Origin: Meridianimarinicoccus sp.
Lineage (GTDB): Bacteria > Pseudomonadota > Alphaproteobacteria > Rhodobacterales > Rhodobacteraceae
Direction: 5' to 3'
DNA: 64,000 bases
NCBI GenBank assembly: GCA_044221805.1
Contig: JBGAOK010000001.1
Span: 19,030-83,029 of the forward strand
Shown here: piece by piece, positions 29,359-39,785 of the stretch
Numbering within the stretch: the stretch's first letter is position 1
Layout of the letters: each line of letters begins with the position of its first letter
Made by a program: the position numbers and the translations under genes
The notes under the pieces: generated by a model
Told to the model about the DNA's origin: nothing
The model's database searches: none
Seen by the model: only the letters and a program-made list of their open reading frames with translations

Positions 29359-30177
29359 ATGTTCGACACCGCTCCTGCGAAGGACACGCTGCTCGAGGTC
29401 AGCAACATCGAGGTGATCTACAACCACGTCATCCTCGTGCTCAAGGGCGTGAGCCTGACGGTGCCGAAGGGCGGCATCACCGCGCTTCTGGGCGGCAACG
29501 GCGCCGGCAAGACGACCACCTTGAAGGCGATCTCGAACCTGCTGCACTCGGAGCGGGGCGAGGTCACCAAGGGCTCGATCCTTTTCGAAGGCCAGAAGGT
29601 GCAGGACCTGTCACCGGCCGACCTGGTCCGCCGCGGTTGCATCCAGGTGATGGAAGGACGCCACTGCTTCGAGCACCTGACGGTCGAGGAGAACCTGCTG
29701 ACCGGCGCCTACAGCCGGTCCGGCGGCGACATCGCCGCCGATCTGGAGAAGGTCTATGCCTATTTCCCGCGGCTGCGCGAAAGGCGGAAAAGCCAGGCCG
29801 GTTATACCTCGGGCGGCGAACAGCAGATGTGCGCCATCGGCCGCGCGCTGATGTCGAAGCCGAAGATGATCCTGCTGGACGAACCGTCCATGGGACTTGC
29901 CCCGCAACTGGTCGAGCAGATCTTCGAGATCGTCCACGAGGTGAATGCGAAGGAAGGCGTCACCTTCCTGCTGGCCGAGCAGAACACCAACGTCGCGCTC
30001 CGCTATGCCCATACCGGCTACATCCTGGAAAGCGGCCGGGTCGTGATGGAGGGCAGCGCCACCGAGCTTCGCGAGAACCCGGATGTCAAGGAATTCTACC
30101 TCGGCATGTCGGACGAGGGGCGCAAGAGTTTCCGTGACGTCAGAAGCTACCGGCGGCGCAAGCGCTGGCTGAGCTGA
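29359..30177 (+). CDS. Liv-type ABC transporter ATP-binding protein (LivF-like)
   Basis: GGNGAGKT, SGGEQQM, LLDEPSMGLAP, AEQN. Confidence 0.92.
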   Translation: MFDTAPAKDTLLEVSNIEVIYNHVILVLKGVSLTVPKGGITALLGGNGAGKTTTLKAISNLLHSERGEVTKGSILFEGQKVQDLSPADLVRRGCIQVMEGRHCFEHLTVEENLLTGAYSRSGGDIAADLEKVYAYFPRLRERRKSQAGYTSGGEQQMCAIGRALMSKPKMILLDEPSMGLAPQLVEQIFEIVHEVNAKEGVTFLLAEQNTNVALRYAHTGYILESGRVVMEGSATELRENPDVKEFYLGMSDEGRKSFRDVRSYRRRKRWLS

Positions 30178-30259
30178 CCGCGCGGCCGCCGCGCCGGCGA
30201 CGCGGCACCCTCACCGGCTGATGCAATTTTCTGGAGGCGGGCGCAGGCCCGGGCTGTCA

Positions 30260-31504
30260 ATGACCGCGATATCGAAACCGTTCGACGCGCTGGAAACCCG
30301 CGACCCCGAGGCGCGCGCGCAGGACATCGCCCGGGCGCTGCCGCGACAGGTCGGGCGCGCCCGGGATGCGGCGCCGGCGATGGCCCGGCTTCTGGCCGAT
30401 GTGGCGCCCGAAGCGGTGGCGAGCGTCGAGGCGCTGGCCGCCCTGCCGGTGCTGCGCAAGTCCGATCTTGTCGAGGCGCAGCGCGCCGCGCCGCCGCTGG
30501 GCGGCTACGGCGCCCTGCCGATATCCACGTACGAGCACATCTTCCAGTCGCCGGGACCGATCTATGAACCGGGCCGGACGACGCCCGACTGGTGGCGCAT
30601 GGGACGCTTCCTGCATGCCGCCGGGATCGGCCGGGGCGACATCGTGCAGAACTGCTTTTCCTATCATCTGGTGCCGGCGGGGATGATGTTCGACAGCGGT
30701 GCCCGGGCCGTCGGCGCCGCGGTCGTGCCGGCCGGGACCGGCCAGACCGAGCTTCAGGTCCGTGCCGCTGCCGACATCGGATCGACTGCCTATGCCGGCA
30801 CGCCCGACTACCTGAAGGTGATCCTCGACAAGGCCGACGAGATGGGCGAGCGGCTGCGCATCACCCGCGCCGTGGTCGGCGGCGGCGCGCTGTTCCCGTC
30901 GCTGCGCAAGGACTATGCCGACCGCGGCATCCTCTGCCTGTCCTGCTATGCCACCGCCGACCTCGGCAATGTCGCCTACGAGACCGCCGGGCCGGACGGG
31001 CTGAACGAGGGCATGGTGGTGGACGAGGGCGTGATCGTCGAGATCGTGACCCCCGGCACCGGCGTGCCGGTCGCGCCGGGGCAGGTCGGCGAGGTGCTGG
31101 TCACCACCCTGAACCCGGACTATCCGCTGATCCGCTTCGCCACCGGCGATCTCTCGGCGCTGCTGCCGGGACGCTCGCCCTGCGGCCGGACCAACGTCCG
31201 CATCCGCGGCTGGATGGGCCGCGCGGACCAGACCACCAAGATCAAGGGCATGTTCGTGCGCCCTGAGCAGGTGGCGGCCTTCGTCGCCCGCCACCCCGAA
31301 GTCACCCGGGCGCGTGTGGTCGCGACGCGGGACGGCGAGATGGACGTGATGACCGTCGAGGTTGAGACCCCGGCCGGGGACGGCAGGCCCTACGAGGGAT
31401 CGGTGCTCGACACGCTGAAGTTGCGCGGGACGGTGGTCGCCGTGCCGCCCGGGTCGCTGCCGAACGACGGCAAGGTCATCGACGACCGCCGCCGCTACGA
31501 CTGA
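30260..31504 (+). CDS. Phenylacetate-CoA ligase family protein
   Basis: SPGPIYEP, FSYH, GTGQTE, YATADLG, IRFATGD, KGMFV. Confidence 0.85.
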   Translation: MTAISKPFDALETRDPEARAQDIARALPRQVGRARDAAPAMARLLADVAPEAVASVEALAALPVLRKSDLVEAQRAAPPLGGYGALPISTYEHIFQSPGPIYEPGRTTPDWWRMGRFLHAAGIGRGDIVQNCFSYHLVPAGMMFDSGARAVGAAVVPAGTGQTELQVRAAADIGSTAYAGTPDYLKVILDKADEMGERLRITRAVVGGGALFPSLRKDYADRGILCLSCYATADLGNVAYETAGPDGLNEGMVVDEGVIVEIVTPGTGVPVAPGQVGEVLVTTLNPDYPLIRFATGDLSALLPGRSPCGRTNVRIRGWMGRADQTTKIKGMFVRPEQVAAFVARHPEVTRARVVATRDGEMDVMTVEVETPAGDGRPYEGSVLDTLKLRGTVVAVPPGSLPNDGKVIDDRRRYD

Positions 31505-32502
31505 CCGGCCCGGCGATGCGCTTCGGCCAGACGGTACGACCCCGGGGCCTGCCCCTGCCACTGCCGGAACGCCCGGTGGAAGGCGGTCGGCTCGCTGAAG
31601 CCGAGCTCGGTCGCCACGTCGGCCAGGCTCAGGTCCGTGCGGCGCAGCAGGTCGCGGGCCAGGACAGCGCGCAGGTCATCCCGGATCGCGCCGAAGGACT
31701 GGCCTTCGGCCTTCAGCCGTCGCCGCAGGGTGGCGGGCGACATCGCCAGATCCCGGGCCAGCGCATCGAAGTCCGGCCAGTCGGCCGGCGCCAGCCCGCC
31801 CAGCTGTGCCCTGACCCGGGCGGTCACCCCGCCGTCGTGGCGGTAGCGCAGCAGGATGTTGGCCGGCGCCGCGCGCAGGAAGGATTTCAGCGCCGCCTCG
31901 CTTCGGATGACCGGAAGGCGCAGGATGGCGGCGTCGAAGCTCAGCAGGTTGACCGGCCGGTCGAAGGTCACCGGCACGCCGAAGAACTGGCCGTAGTCGG
32001 GCCGTTCCGGCGGCAGCGGGCAGGCGAAGTCGAGCCGGCGCAGTGGGATGCGGCGCCCGACCAGCCAGCAGGCGACGCCCATCAGGATCAGCCAGTAGGT
32101 CCGGTAGGCGAAGGCCGAGCGGGGGCCGCCGCGATCCGACAGCACGATGTCGGCCCTGCCGCCGCGGACGCGCAGCTCGCCCCTGGGATCGTCGAGAACG
32201 ACCGCCAGGAAGACAAGCGCCCGGCGCAGCGCGCGTTCCAGCCCGCCGGCATGGAGTACGGCGTGACAAAGGAGCCCGAAGCTGCCCGGGCGCATCGGCC
32301 GTGCGGCAAGGCCGAGGAACTCGTCCTCGATCGCTTGGGCGATCAGCCACCAGAGCCGGCCGTACTGGAGATCCGAGACCGGCTCGACGATCTGCGCCGG
32401 CAGCCCGCAGGCGGCCAGCAGGCGGGCCGGATCCACCCCGGCGTCCCGGGCGCAGGCCAGCGCATCCGTCACGAAGCCAGGGCCGATGATCGCGCGTTCC
32501 AT
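31495..32502 (-). CDS. AraC family transcriptional regulator
   Basis: MSPATLRRRL and LGFSEPTAFHRAFRQW double HTH. Confidence 0.92.
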   Translation of the reverse strand: MERAIIGPGFVTDALACARDAGVDPARLLAACGLPAQIVEPVSDLQYGRLWWLIAQAIEDEFLGLAARPMRPGSFGLLCHAVLHAGGLERALRRALVFLAVVLDDPRGELRVRGGRADIVLSDRGGPRSAFAYRTYWLILMGVACWLVGRRIPLRRLDFACPLPPERPDYGQFFGVPVTFDRPVNLLSFDAAILRLPVIRSEAALKSFLRAAPANILLRYRHDGGVTARVRAQLGGLAPADWPDFDALARDLAMSPATLRRRLKAEGQSFGAIRDDLRAVLARDLLRRTDLSLADVATELGFSEPTAFHRAFRQWQGQAPGSYRLAEAHRRAGQS

Positions 32503-32685
32503 CGTCGTTCCTTGCAGATTCGATCAGCAATTCAGACAGACAATGTCATTGTCCGCAATAGCCCGAAAGGTATCTTCCCGCCCCGAGGGCGGCAGGGAGG
32601 GCTGGCTCCGGCGGACCGGCGCGCGCGCCGGATCCAGCCGCGGGCACCCGTCCGGACAGGAACGGAAGGCTGAGGGGGGACAGGA

Positions 32686-33453
32686 ATGCAGATCGCGGAC
32701 AGGGCGTTCATGGTGACGGGCGCGGCCTCGGGGCTGGGCGCGGCAGTGGCGGGGATGCTGGTCGCAGGTGGCGGCCGGGTGATGCTGGTTGACGTGGACG
32801 CCGAGGCGGGCGAAGCGCGCGCCGCCGGGCTGGGCACGGCTGCCCGCTTCGCCCGGACCGACGTCACCAGCGAAGCGGACGGCCGGGCGGCCGTCGCCGC
32901 GGCGATCGCGGCCTTCGGACGTCTGGACGGGCTGGTGAACTGCGCCGGAGTGGCGCCGGGCGAGAAGATCCTCGGCCGTGACGGCGCGCACCGGCTCGAC
33001 ATCTTCGCGCGGGCGGTTGCGATCAATCTTGTCGGCACTTTCAACATGCTGCGGCTGGCGGCCGAGGCGATGGCCGGGGCCGAACCCGGTCCCGGCGGCG
33101 AGCGCGGTGTCATCGTCAACACCGCCTCGATTGCCGCCTATGACGGGCAGATCGGGCAGGCGGCCTATGCCGCCTCGAAGGGCGGGGTCGCGTCCCTGAC
33201 GCTGCCGGCGGCCCGCGAGCTGGCGCGCAGCGGCATCCGCGTCGTCACCATCGCGCCGGGGATCTTCGCCACGCCGATGATGGCCGCGATGCCGCAACCG
33301 GTCCAGGACGCGCTTGGCGCCTCGGTGCCGTTTCCGTCGCGGCTGGGCGACCCGGCGGAATTCGCCGCGCTGGTCCGGCACATCTTCGAAAACCAGATGC
33401 TGAACGGCGAGGTCATCCGGCTCGATGGCGCGCTGCGGATGGCAGCCAGGTGA
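32686..33453 (+). CDS. 3-hydroxyacyl-CoA dehydrogenase type II (SDR, HSD17B10-like)
   Basis: [46 protein letters not shown]. Confidence 0.9.
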   Translation: MQIADRAFMVTGAASGLGAAVAGMLVAGGGRVMLVDVDAEAGEARAAGLGTAARFARTDVTSEADGRAAVAAAIAAFGRLDGLVNCAGVAPGEKILGRDGAHRLDIFARAVAINLVGTFNMLRLAAEAMAGAEPGPGGERGVIVNTASIAAYDGQIGQAAYAASKGGVASLTLPAARELARSGIRVVTIAPGIFATPMMAAMPQPVQDALGASVPFPSRLGDPAEFAALVRHIFENQMLNGEVIRLDGALRMAAR

Positions 33454-33481
33454 AACGGGACACAAGGGGGAGGACGGACCG

Positions 33482-34672
33482 ATGACCAGCACCGATCCGA
33501 TTGTCATCGTGGGCGCGGCACGCACCCCGATGGGCGGCTTTCAGGGCGATCTTGCCGGGGCCCAGGCGTCCGCACTGGGGGCGGCGGCCATCGCGGCCGC
33601 GGTGTCCGGCGCGGGACTGGACCCCGCCGCGGTCGACGAGGTGATCATGGGCTGCGTCCTGCCGGCGGGGCAGGGCCAGGCGCCGGCCCGGCAGGCGGCG
33701 ATCGCAGCGGGGATGCCGCTGGGCGCCGGCGCGACCACCATCAACAAGATGTGCGGCTCGGGGATGAAGGCGGCGATGCTGGCCCATGACCTCATCGCGG
33801 CGGGTTCGGCGGCCGCGGTGGTCGCCGGCGGCATGGAGAGCATGAGCAACGCGCCCTATCTGCTGCCCAAGGCGCGGGCAGGCCTGCGGATGGGCCACGG
33901 CCAGGTCATGGACCACATGTTTCTCGACGGGCTCGAGGACGCCTACGACAAGGGCCGCCTGATGGGCACCTTTGCCGAGGACTGCGCGCAGGCCTTCCAG
34001 TTCACCCGCGAGGCACAGGACGGCTATGCCATCGCCTCGCTGCAGCGGGCCCGGACGGCGATCGCCGAGGGCCGCTTCGCCGCCGAGATCACCCCGGTCA
34101 CCGTGCGCACGGGCCGGGCCGAGACCCGCGTCGCCGTGGACGAGCAGCCCGGCAAGGCGCAGCCCGACCGGATCCCGACCCTTCGCCCGGCCTTCCGCGA
34201 GGGCGGCACCGTGACCGCCGCGAATTCCTCGTCGATCTCGGACGGGGCGGCGGCGATGGTGCTGATGCGCGCCTCCGAGGCGGAACGGCGCGGCCTGACC
34301 CCGCGGGCCGTGCTGGTGGGCCACGCCACCTTCGCCGACCGGCCGAGCCTGTTTCCCACCGCGCCGGTCGGCGCGATCCGCCGTTTGTCCGAGAAGACCG
34401 GCTGGGCGTTGGGCGATGTGGACCTGTTCGAGGTGAACGAGGCCTTCGCGGTCGTCGCCATGGTGGCGATGCAGGAGCTTGGCCTGCCCCACGAGGCGGT
34501 CAATGTCCACGGCGGGGCCTGTGCCCTTGGCCATCCCGTTGGCGCCTCGGGGGCGCGGGTGATGGTGACGCTGTTGGCGGCGCTGGAGACCTATGGGTTG
34601 AAGCGGGGGGTGGCCTCGCTTTGCATCGGCGGCGGCGAGGCCACCGCCGTGGCACTGGAGAGGGTCGCCTGA
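33482..34672 (+). CDS. Acetyl-CoA C-acyltransferase (thiolase)
   Basis: [26 protein letters not shown]. Confidence 0.93.
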   Translation: MTSTDPIVIVGAARTPMGGFQGDLAGAQASALGAAAIAAAVSGAGLDPAAVDEVIMGCVLPAGQGQAPARQAAIAAGMPLGAGATTINKMCGSGMKAAMLAHDLIAAGSAAAVVAGGMESMSNAPYLLPKARAGLRMGHGQVMDHMFLDGLEDAYDKGRLMGTFAEDCAQAFQFTREAQDGYAIASLQRARTAIAEGRFAAEITPVTVRTGRAETRVAVDEQPGKAQPDRIPTLRPAFREGGTVTAANSSSISDGAAAMVLMRASEAERRGLTPRAVLVGHATFADRPSLFPTAPVGAIRRLSEKTGWALGDVDLFEVNEAFAVVAMVAMQELGLPHEAVNVHGGACALGHPVGASGARVMVTLLAALETYGLKRGVASLCIGGGEATAVALERVA

Positions 34673-35799
34673 TGCTGCTGACAGAGACACAGGAACAGAT
34701 CCGCGAGGCGGTACGCAGCTTCGCGCAGGACCGGCTTGCCCCCGGTGCGGCCGGGCGCGATGCGGCCCGGACCTTCCCGGCGGCGCAGATCGCCGAGATG
34801 GGCGCGCTTGGCTTCATGGGAATGCTGGTGCCCGAGGCCTATGGCGGCTCGGATCTCGGCATCGCGGCCTATGCGCTGGCGCTCGAGGAGATCGCCGCCG
34901 CGGATGGCGCGTGTTCGACCGTCGTGTCGGTGCATTCCTCGGTTGGCTGCGTGCCGATCCTGCGCTTCGGCACCGAGGCGCAGAAGGCGCAGTTCCTGCC
35001 GAAGATGGCGGCGGGGGAGTGGATCGGGGCCTTCGCGCTGACCGAACCCCAGGCGGGCTCGGACGCGGCGGCGCTGCGCACCCGGGCGCGCCGGGACGGC
35101 GACGACTATGTCATCGACGGCACCAAGCAGTTCATCACCTCGGGCAAGAACGGCAACGTGGCCATCGTCTTCGCTGTGACCGACCCGGCAGCGGGCAAGC
35201 GGGGCATCTCGGCCTTCATCGTGCCGACCGACACCCCGGGATACGAGGTGATCCGGGTCGAGGACAAGCTCGGCCAGCACGCCTCGGACACCTGCGCGCT
35301 GGCCTTCACGGAGATGCGCGTGCCGGCCGCGAACCGGCTGGGCGCCGAGGGGGACGGCTATCGCATCGCGCTGGCCAATCTGGAGGGCGGCCGTATCGGC
35401 ATCGCCGCCCAGGCCGTCGGCATGGCACGGGCGGCCTTCGAGGCGGCCCGGGCCTATGCCGCCGAGCGGGTGACCTTCGGCCAGCCGATCATCCGGCATC
35501 AGGCGGTGGCCTTCCGGCTGGCGGACATGGCGACGCGGATCGAGACGGCCCGGCAGATGCTCTTGCACGCCGCCGCCCTGCGCGAGGCGGGGCGGCCCTG
35601 CCTGACCGAGGCGTCGATGGCCAAGCTCGTCGCGTCCGAGATGGCCGAGGCGGTCTGTTCGGCGGCGATCCAGATCCATGGCGGCTATGGCTATCTTGCG
35701 GACTATCCGGTCGAGCGGATCTATCGGGACGTCCGCGTCTGCCAGATCTACGAAGGCACCAGCGACGTGCAGCGGCTGGTGATCGCGCGGTCGCTCTGA
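34672..35799 (+). CDS. Acyl-CoA dehydrogenase (short/branched-chain type)
   Basis: [28 protein letters not shown]; TGATG coupling with thiolase. Confidence 0.92.
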   Translation: MLLTETQEQIREAVRSFAQDRLAPGAAGRDAARTFPAAQIAEMGALGFMGMLVPEAYGGSDLGIAAYALALEEIAAADGACSTVVSVHSSVGCVPILRFGTEAQKAQFLPKMAAGEWIGAFALTEPQAGSDAAALRTRARRDGDDYVIDGTKQFITSGKNGNVAIVFAVTDPAAGKRGISAFIVPTDTPGYEVIRVEDKLGQHASDTCALAFTEMRVPAANRLGAEGDGYRIALANLEGGRIGIAAQAVGMARAAFEAARAYAAERVTFGQPIIRHQAVAFRLADMATRIETARQMLLHAAALREAGRPCLTEASMAKLVASEMAEAVCSAAIQIHGGYGYLADYPVERIYRDVRVCQIYEGTSDVQRLVIARSL

Positions 35800-36947
35800 T
35801 GGTCGGGGCGCTCGACGGGGTGAGGGTGGTGGAACTGGTGGGGCTGGGGCCCTGCCCGTTCGCGGCGATGATGCTGGCCGATCACGGGGCCGAGGTGCTG
35901 CGCATCCATGGCCTTCGGCCGCGGCGCGGCATCCCTTCGGTGGACACGGCGGGCGATGTGCTTGCCCGTGGGCGGGCCTCGATCGCGCTGGACCTGAAGC
36001 AACCCGCGGGGCTGGCGCTGGCTCTGGAGCTTGTGGCCGGTGCCGACGCGGTGGTCGAGGGCTTCCGCCCCGGCGTGACCGAACGGCTGGGGCTCGGCCC
36101 GGAGGCGTGCCTGGCGCGGAATCCGCGGCTGGTCTATGGCCGGATGACCGGCTGGGGCCAGGATGGTCCGCTGGCCGAGCGTGCCGGGCACGACATCAAC
36201 TACGTCGCGCTGTCGGGGGCGCTGCATGCCATCGGCCCGCGCGAGCGACCAGTGCCGCCGCTCAACCTGCTGGGCGATTTCGCTGGGGGCGGCATGATGC
36301 TGGCCTTCGGCGTCCTGGCCGCGGTGCTGAGCGCGCGGGCGACGGGCCAGGGCCAGGTGGTGGACGCGGCCATGACCGACGGGACCGCGCTGATCGCGGC
36401 AATGATCCACGGCTTCCGAAGCGCCGGCGCCTGGCAGAGCCGGCGGGAATCCAACCTTCTCGACGGCGGCGCGTATTTCTATGACATCTATCGCTGCGCC
36501 GACGGGCGCTTCGTCGCCGTGGGCGCGATCGAGCCGCAGTTCCACACCGTGCTGCTGCAGGGGCTCGGGCTTGACCCGGCGTCCTTCGACCAGGCGGACA
36601 CGGCGCTCTGGCCGGCAGCGCGGTCGCGTCTGGCCGAACGCTTCGCGCAGGCGCCCCGGGATCACTGGGCGGCGCTGTTCGACGGCCTGGACGCCTGCGT
36701 GACGCCGGTGCTGGACTGGGACGAGGCGATGCGCCACCCGCACAACCGCGCCCGTGGCACCCATGCCGAGATCGGCGGCGTGGCGCAGCCGATGCCGGCG
36801 CCACGGTTCAGCGCCACACCGGCCGCCCGGCCGACGCCGCCGCGGCTGCCCGGCGCGGACACGCCCGCGGTGCTGGCCGGCTGGGGCATTGCCGAAACCA
36901 CCTGCGAGACCTTGCTGAAGCAGGGCATCCTGAGCCTGTGGACCTGA
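35799..36947 (+). CDS. CaiB/BaiF family, alpha-methylacyl-CoA racemase-like
   Basis: [44 protein letters not shown]; TGATG coupling. Confidence 0.85.
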   Translation: MVGALDGVRVVELVGLGPCPFAAMMLADHGAEVLRIHGLRPRRGIPSVDTAGDVLARGRASIALDLKQPAGLALALELVAGADAVVEGFRPGVTERLGLGPEACLARNPRLVYGRMTGWGQDGPLAERAGHDINYVALSGALHAIGPRERPVPPLNLLGDFAGGGMMLAFGVLAAVLSARATGQGQVVDAAMTDGTALIAAMIHGFRSAGAWQSRRESNLLDGGAYFYDIYRCADGRFVAVGAIEPQFHTVLLQGLGLDPASFDQADTALWPAARSRLAERFAQAPRDHWAALFDGLDACVTPVLDWDEAMRHPHNRARGTHAEIGGVAQPMPAPRFSATPAARPTPPRLPGADTPAVLAGWGIAETTCETLLKQGILSLWT

Positions 36948-36978
36948 GCTGTCGTGACATCCATCCGAGAGAACCGCC

Positions 36979-37752
36979 ATGTATGAGACCATCGAAGTCA
37001 CCCGGGACGGCCGTGTCGCGGTGATCCGGCTGAACCGGCCGAAGCAGCTGAACGCGCTGAATACCACCCTGACCCGCGAGGTCGTCGCCGCCACCGAAGC
37101 GATCGAGGCCGATCACTCGATCGGGGCGATCGTCGTCACCGGGTCGGAACGGGCCTTCGCCGCTGGCGCCGACATCGCCGAACTGGCCGACAAGTCCGCC
37201 GAATACATGATCGAGTCCGACTTCTTCGCCGAGTGGGAGACGTTCGCCCGGTGCAAGACCCCGAAGATCGCGGCGGTGAACGGCTATGCGCTTGGCGGCG
37301 GGTGCGAGCTGATGATGATGTGCGACTTCGCGATTGCAGGGGAAGCCGCGGTGTTCGGGCAGCCCGAGATCAAGATCGGCGTCATCGCCGGCATGGCCGG
37401 CACCCAGCGGATGACCCGGCTGATCGGGCGGGCCCGGTCGATGGACATGCACCTGACCGGGCGGACGATGGATGCGGCCGAGGCGCTTCAGGCCGGCCTC
37501 GTCGCCCGGGTGGTGCCCGACGCCGAGGTGTTTCCGACGGCGATGGCGGCGGCGCGCACGGTCGCGTCGTTTTCCCGGCCCGCAGTCAGACTGGCCCGCG
37601 ACACCATCATGCGTGCAGAGGAACTGCCGCTGTCGGAAGGCATCCTCTACGCCCGCAGTCTGTTCCACCGCCTGTTCGGCAGCCACGACCAGCGGGAAGG
37701 CATGCGTGCCTTCCTCGAGAAGCGTCCGCCCAAGTTCGACGGGATCGATTGA
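36979..37752 (+). CDS. Enoyl-CoA hydratase
   Basis: LNRPKQLNAL, AFAAGADI, GYALGGGCEL, FGQPEI, EGMRAFLEKR. Confidence 0.92.
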   Translation: MYETIEVTRDGRVAVIRLNRPKQLNALNTTLTREVVAATEAIEADHSIGAIVVTGSERAFAAGADIAELADKSAEYMIESDFFAEWETFARCKTPKIAAVNGYALGGGCELMMMCDFAIAGEAAVFGQPEIKIGVIAGMAGTQRMTRLIGRARSMDMHLTGRTMDAAEALQAGLVARVVPDAEVFPTAMAAARTVASFSRPAVRLARDTIMRAEELPLSEGILYARSLFHRLFGSHDQREGMRAFLEKRPPKFDGID

Positions 37753-37827
37753 CCGGCGTGATGCTGCAAGACGCCGGTCGGGCCGCGCCGGCCGGGCGAC
37801 TCTGTGCAACGCGGCTGTGCCTACGGT

Positions 37828-38112
37828 TCAGATGCCGAAGCGTTCCGGCAGCACGCCGCGCGAGCGGTAGGTCTCGATCCGGCGGTCGATCTCGGCCGCG
37901 TCCAGCACGGCGCCCTGGATGATTGCCGGCTCGTAGGCGGCGAGGCCCTTTCGCACGGCCGCCAGATTGGTGACGGCCCCGCCCATGCCGAGCAGCGCGT
38001 CGGGAACCGGCCGGCCGTCAAGGCGGGTGAGGTCGGCGGAATTCGCCGCCAGGGCCGCGCGCAGGACGTCCTCGGACACGGCCCGGTCCAGCCCGAAACG
38101 TGCGCTGTATCG
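37828..38112 (-). pseudogene. Internal fragment of Ppx/GppA family phosphatase
   Basis: RFGLDRAVS..DALLGMGGAVTNLAAV..YEP..IQGAVLDAAEIDRRIETYRSR; both termini missing. Confidence 0.6.
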
Positions 38113-38119
38113 GGCGGCG

Positions 38120-38680
38120 CCCCATCAGTCTGCTGGTCGACATCGAGCCATGGCGCCGCCGCCGGTCCGGGGCCCATGGCGAGGTGGATCAAGGTCCTGG
38201 GCGACGGCGATTGGCAGCCCCGCAAGCATGGGCCGCTGGGCCGCCGCCAATGGCGCAAGGTGCATCTGGCAATGGATACGGCCACGGCCGACATCCGCGC
38301 CGTCGAGGTCACCCCACCTCGCGCTCCTCATTGCCGGAACTGCCCGGGCTGACGCCCGAGGATGAACAGAACGGTATCCGGACCGCCGACGGCGCCTGTG
38401 AAACGCGCCGTTCCCACACCGCCAGCACCGTCCGGCAGGCCACTCAGATCAAATCGACCCGCAAGAACGGGCGGCCATGGAAGGAAGACTGTCCGGCGGC
38501 GAAGGCGCGAAACGAGACGCTTCGCGCCCCACAGCACCATGGCCGGGCGTTCTGGAAGCGCAGGACCGGATACCATGCCCGCATCCGGATCGAGGCCAGG
38601 ATGCCCTCGCAGGTTCGTCCGAACCTGTGGCGCCGAAGCTGCTCGACCTCAAGGCATTCGGCGAGCGCATCGCCGCAAGA
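38120..38680 (+). mobile_element. IS5 family (IS903 group) transposase pseudogene
   Basis: IKVLGDGDW..RKHG..RRQWRKVHLAMD, TADGA, RKNGRPWKEDCPAA.ARNETLR, GYHAR.RIEA.M, LKAFGERIAAR across frameshifts. Confidence 0.85.
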
Positions 38681-38881
38681 GGCGTTGTTGCAGAAAGACG
38701 GGTTGAGACGTGACTGCCCCTTTTCCCTTCGGGTTCAGGCCACGCGGACGATCTCGGCTGTGCCGAGGGTGTTGAAGCGGTTCATGAGGGCAACGCGGAC
38801 GTGGATTTCGGCGGTCTGGCGATCTGGATTCCGTGGATTCGTGATGTGAATCCTTAACGGTGAGAGTTCTGCAACAATGCC
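38681..38881 (-). mobile_element. 201-bp MITE-like IS903-group derivative
   Basis: IRs GGCGTTGTTGCAGAA / TTCTGCAACAATGCC (14/15); minus strand encodes only PDRQTAEIHVRVALMNRFNTLGTAEIVRVA*. Confidence 0.8.
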
Positions 38882-39211
38882 CATCTCCATCCTCCTGGAT
38901 TGCCATTGCATCGCAGCCGCAGAGCCGGACGACCGGCCCAGGCGAGACGCTGCCGTCCGGGACTTCGCTGGAAGCGAAGGACCCCGACATCCACGGAAGG
39001 GCGCCTCGCGACGCGTTCGCTCGACCTGAACCCGAAGCCGGGCACACCGCGCCCCGGGGACGCGCCTTTCAGGCCTGTCTCATGGCCACGGCGCGGGTCC
39101 TGTCCGTGGTCCACGTCAACAACCAGGGGGAGCGGCAAATGTTCCGGGCCTGTCGGCAGCCCTTGTCGGGTCTCGGGGTCCGGCGCGCCGGACGTGTCAC
39201 CCAGTGCCGTG

Positions 39212-39236
39212 CGAACAAAGATCGGCGAGCCGGGTT
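39212..39236 (+). promoter_or_regulatory. EcfG (general stress sigma)-like promoter
   Basis: CGAAC-N16-GGTT about 50 bp upstream of the ATG at 39289. Confidence 0.4.
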
Positions 39237-39288
39237 CTGGGGAAGCGCGATCAGCGGATCGCTGCCACTATCGGGAAGGGAGCCCGCC

Positions 39289-39612
39289 ATGAACCACCAG
39301 GACCGCAAAGTGACCACGGATCTGCTGCGCCACCGGATCGACCACGGCCGCAGCGGTGACAAGAAGGGCTTTCCTGATCCCGCCGCAGCGCCGCTGGGGA
39401 CGGATGACGAAGCCGCGGGTACGACTCCGACGCCCGCTCAGGTCGCGCATGCCTGGGAACACGAAGTGCTGCGCCGCCCGGACGAGCAGGACGTCACCGA
39501 AACGGGGCCGGTGCGTCCGGGCAAGGCCGATCGGCGTCCGGATCCTCGGGTCTGGATCCTGTTGTCCGCCGCCGCGATGTTGGCCGCGATCGCATTCGCC
39601 GCGATGCTCTGA
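39289..39612 (+). CDS. Small conserved hypothetical protein with C-terminal TM anchor
   Basis: LRHRIDHGRSGDK..PDPAAAPLGTDDEAAG motif recalled from alphaproteobacterial small proteins; hydrophobic C-terminus; GGAG RBS. Confidence 0.7.
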   Translation: MNHQDRKVTTDLLRHRIDHGRSGDKKGFPDPAAAPLGTDDEAAGTTPTPAQVAHAWEHEVLRRPDEQDVTETGPVRPGKADRRPDPRVWILLSAAAMLAAIAFAAML

Positions 39613-39785
39613 CCACAAGTCGGTCCAGATCGCGCCCGGTTCCCGCTGGAAGCCTGCCATGCGTGTGACGCCTGGGCACCATCGCGGCAATATGATGGCA
39701 TTCCCCCTCGCCGTCCTGCTGCTCCGCCGCCCTTCCTGCTAGTCTCGGTCATTTCGTGAGACTCGGGGAAGCGAAAGGTCACAGA

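Noticed and set aside
38882-39200. Possible gene relic upstream of the small membrane protein
   Set aside because: No frame gave a motif I could recognise with confidence
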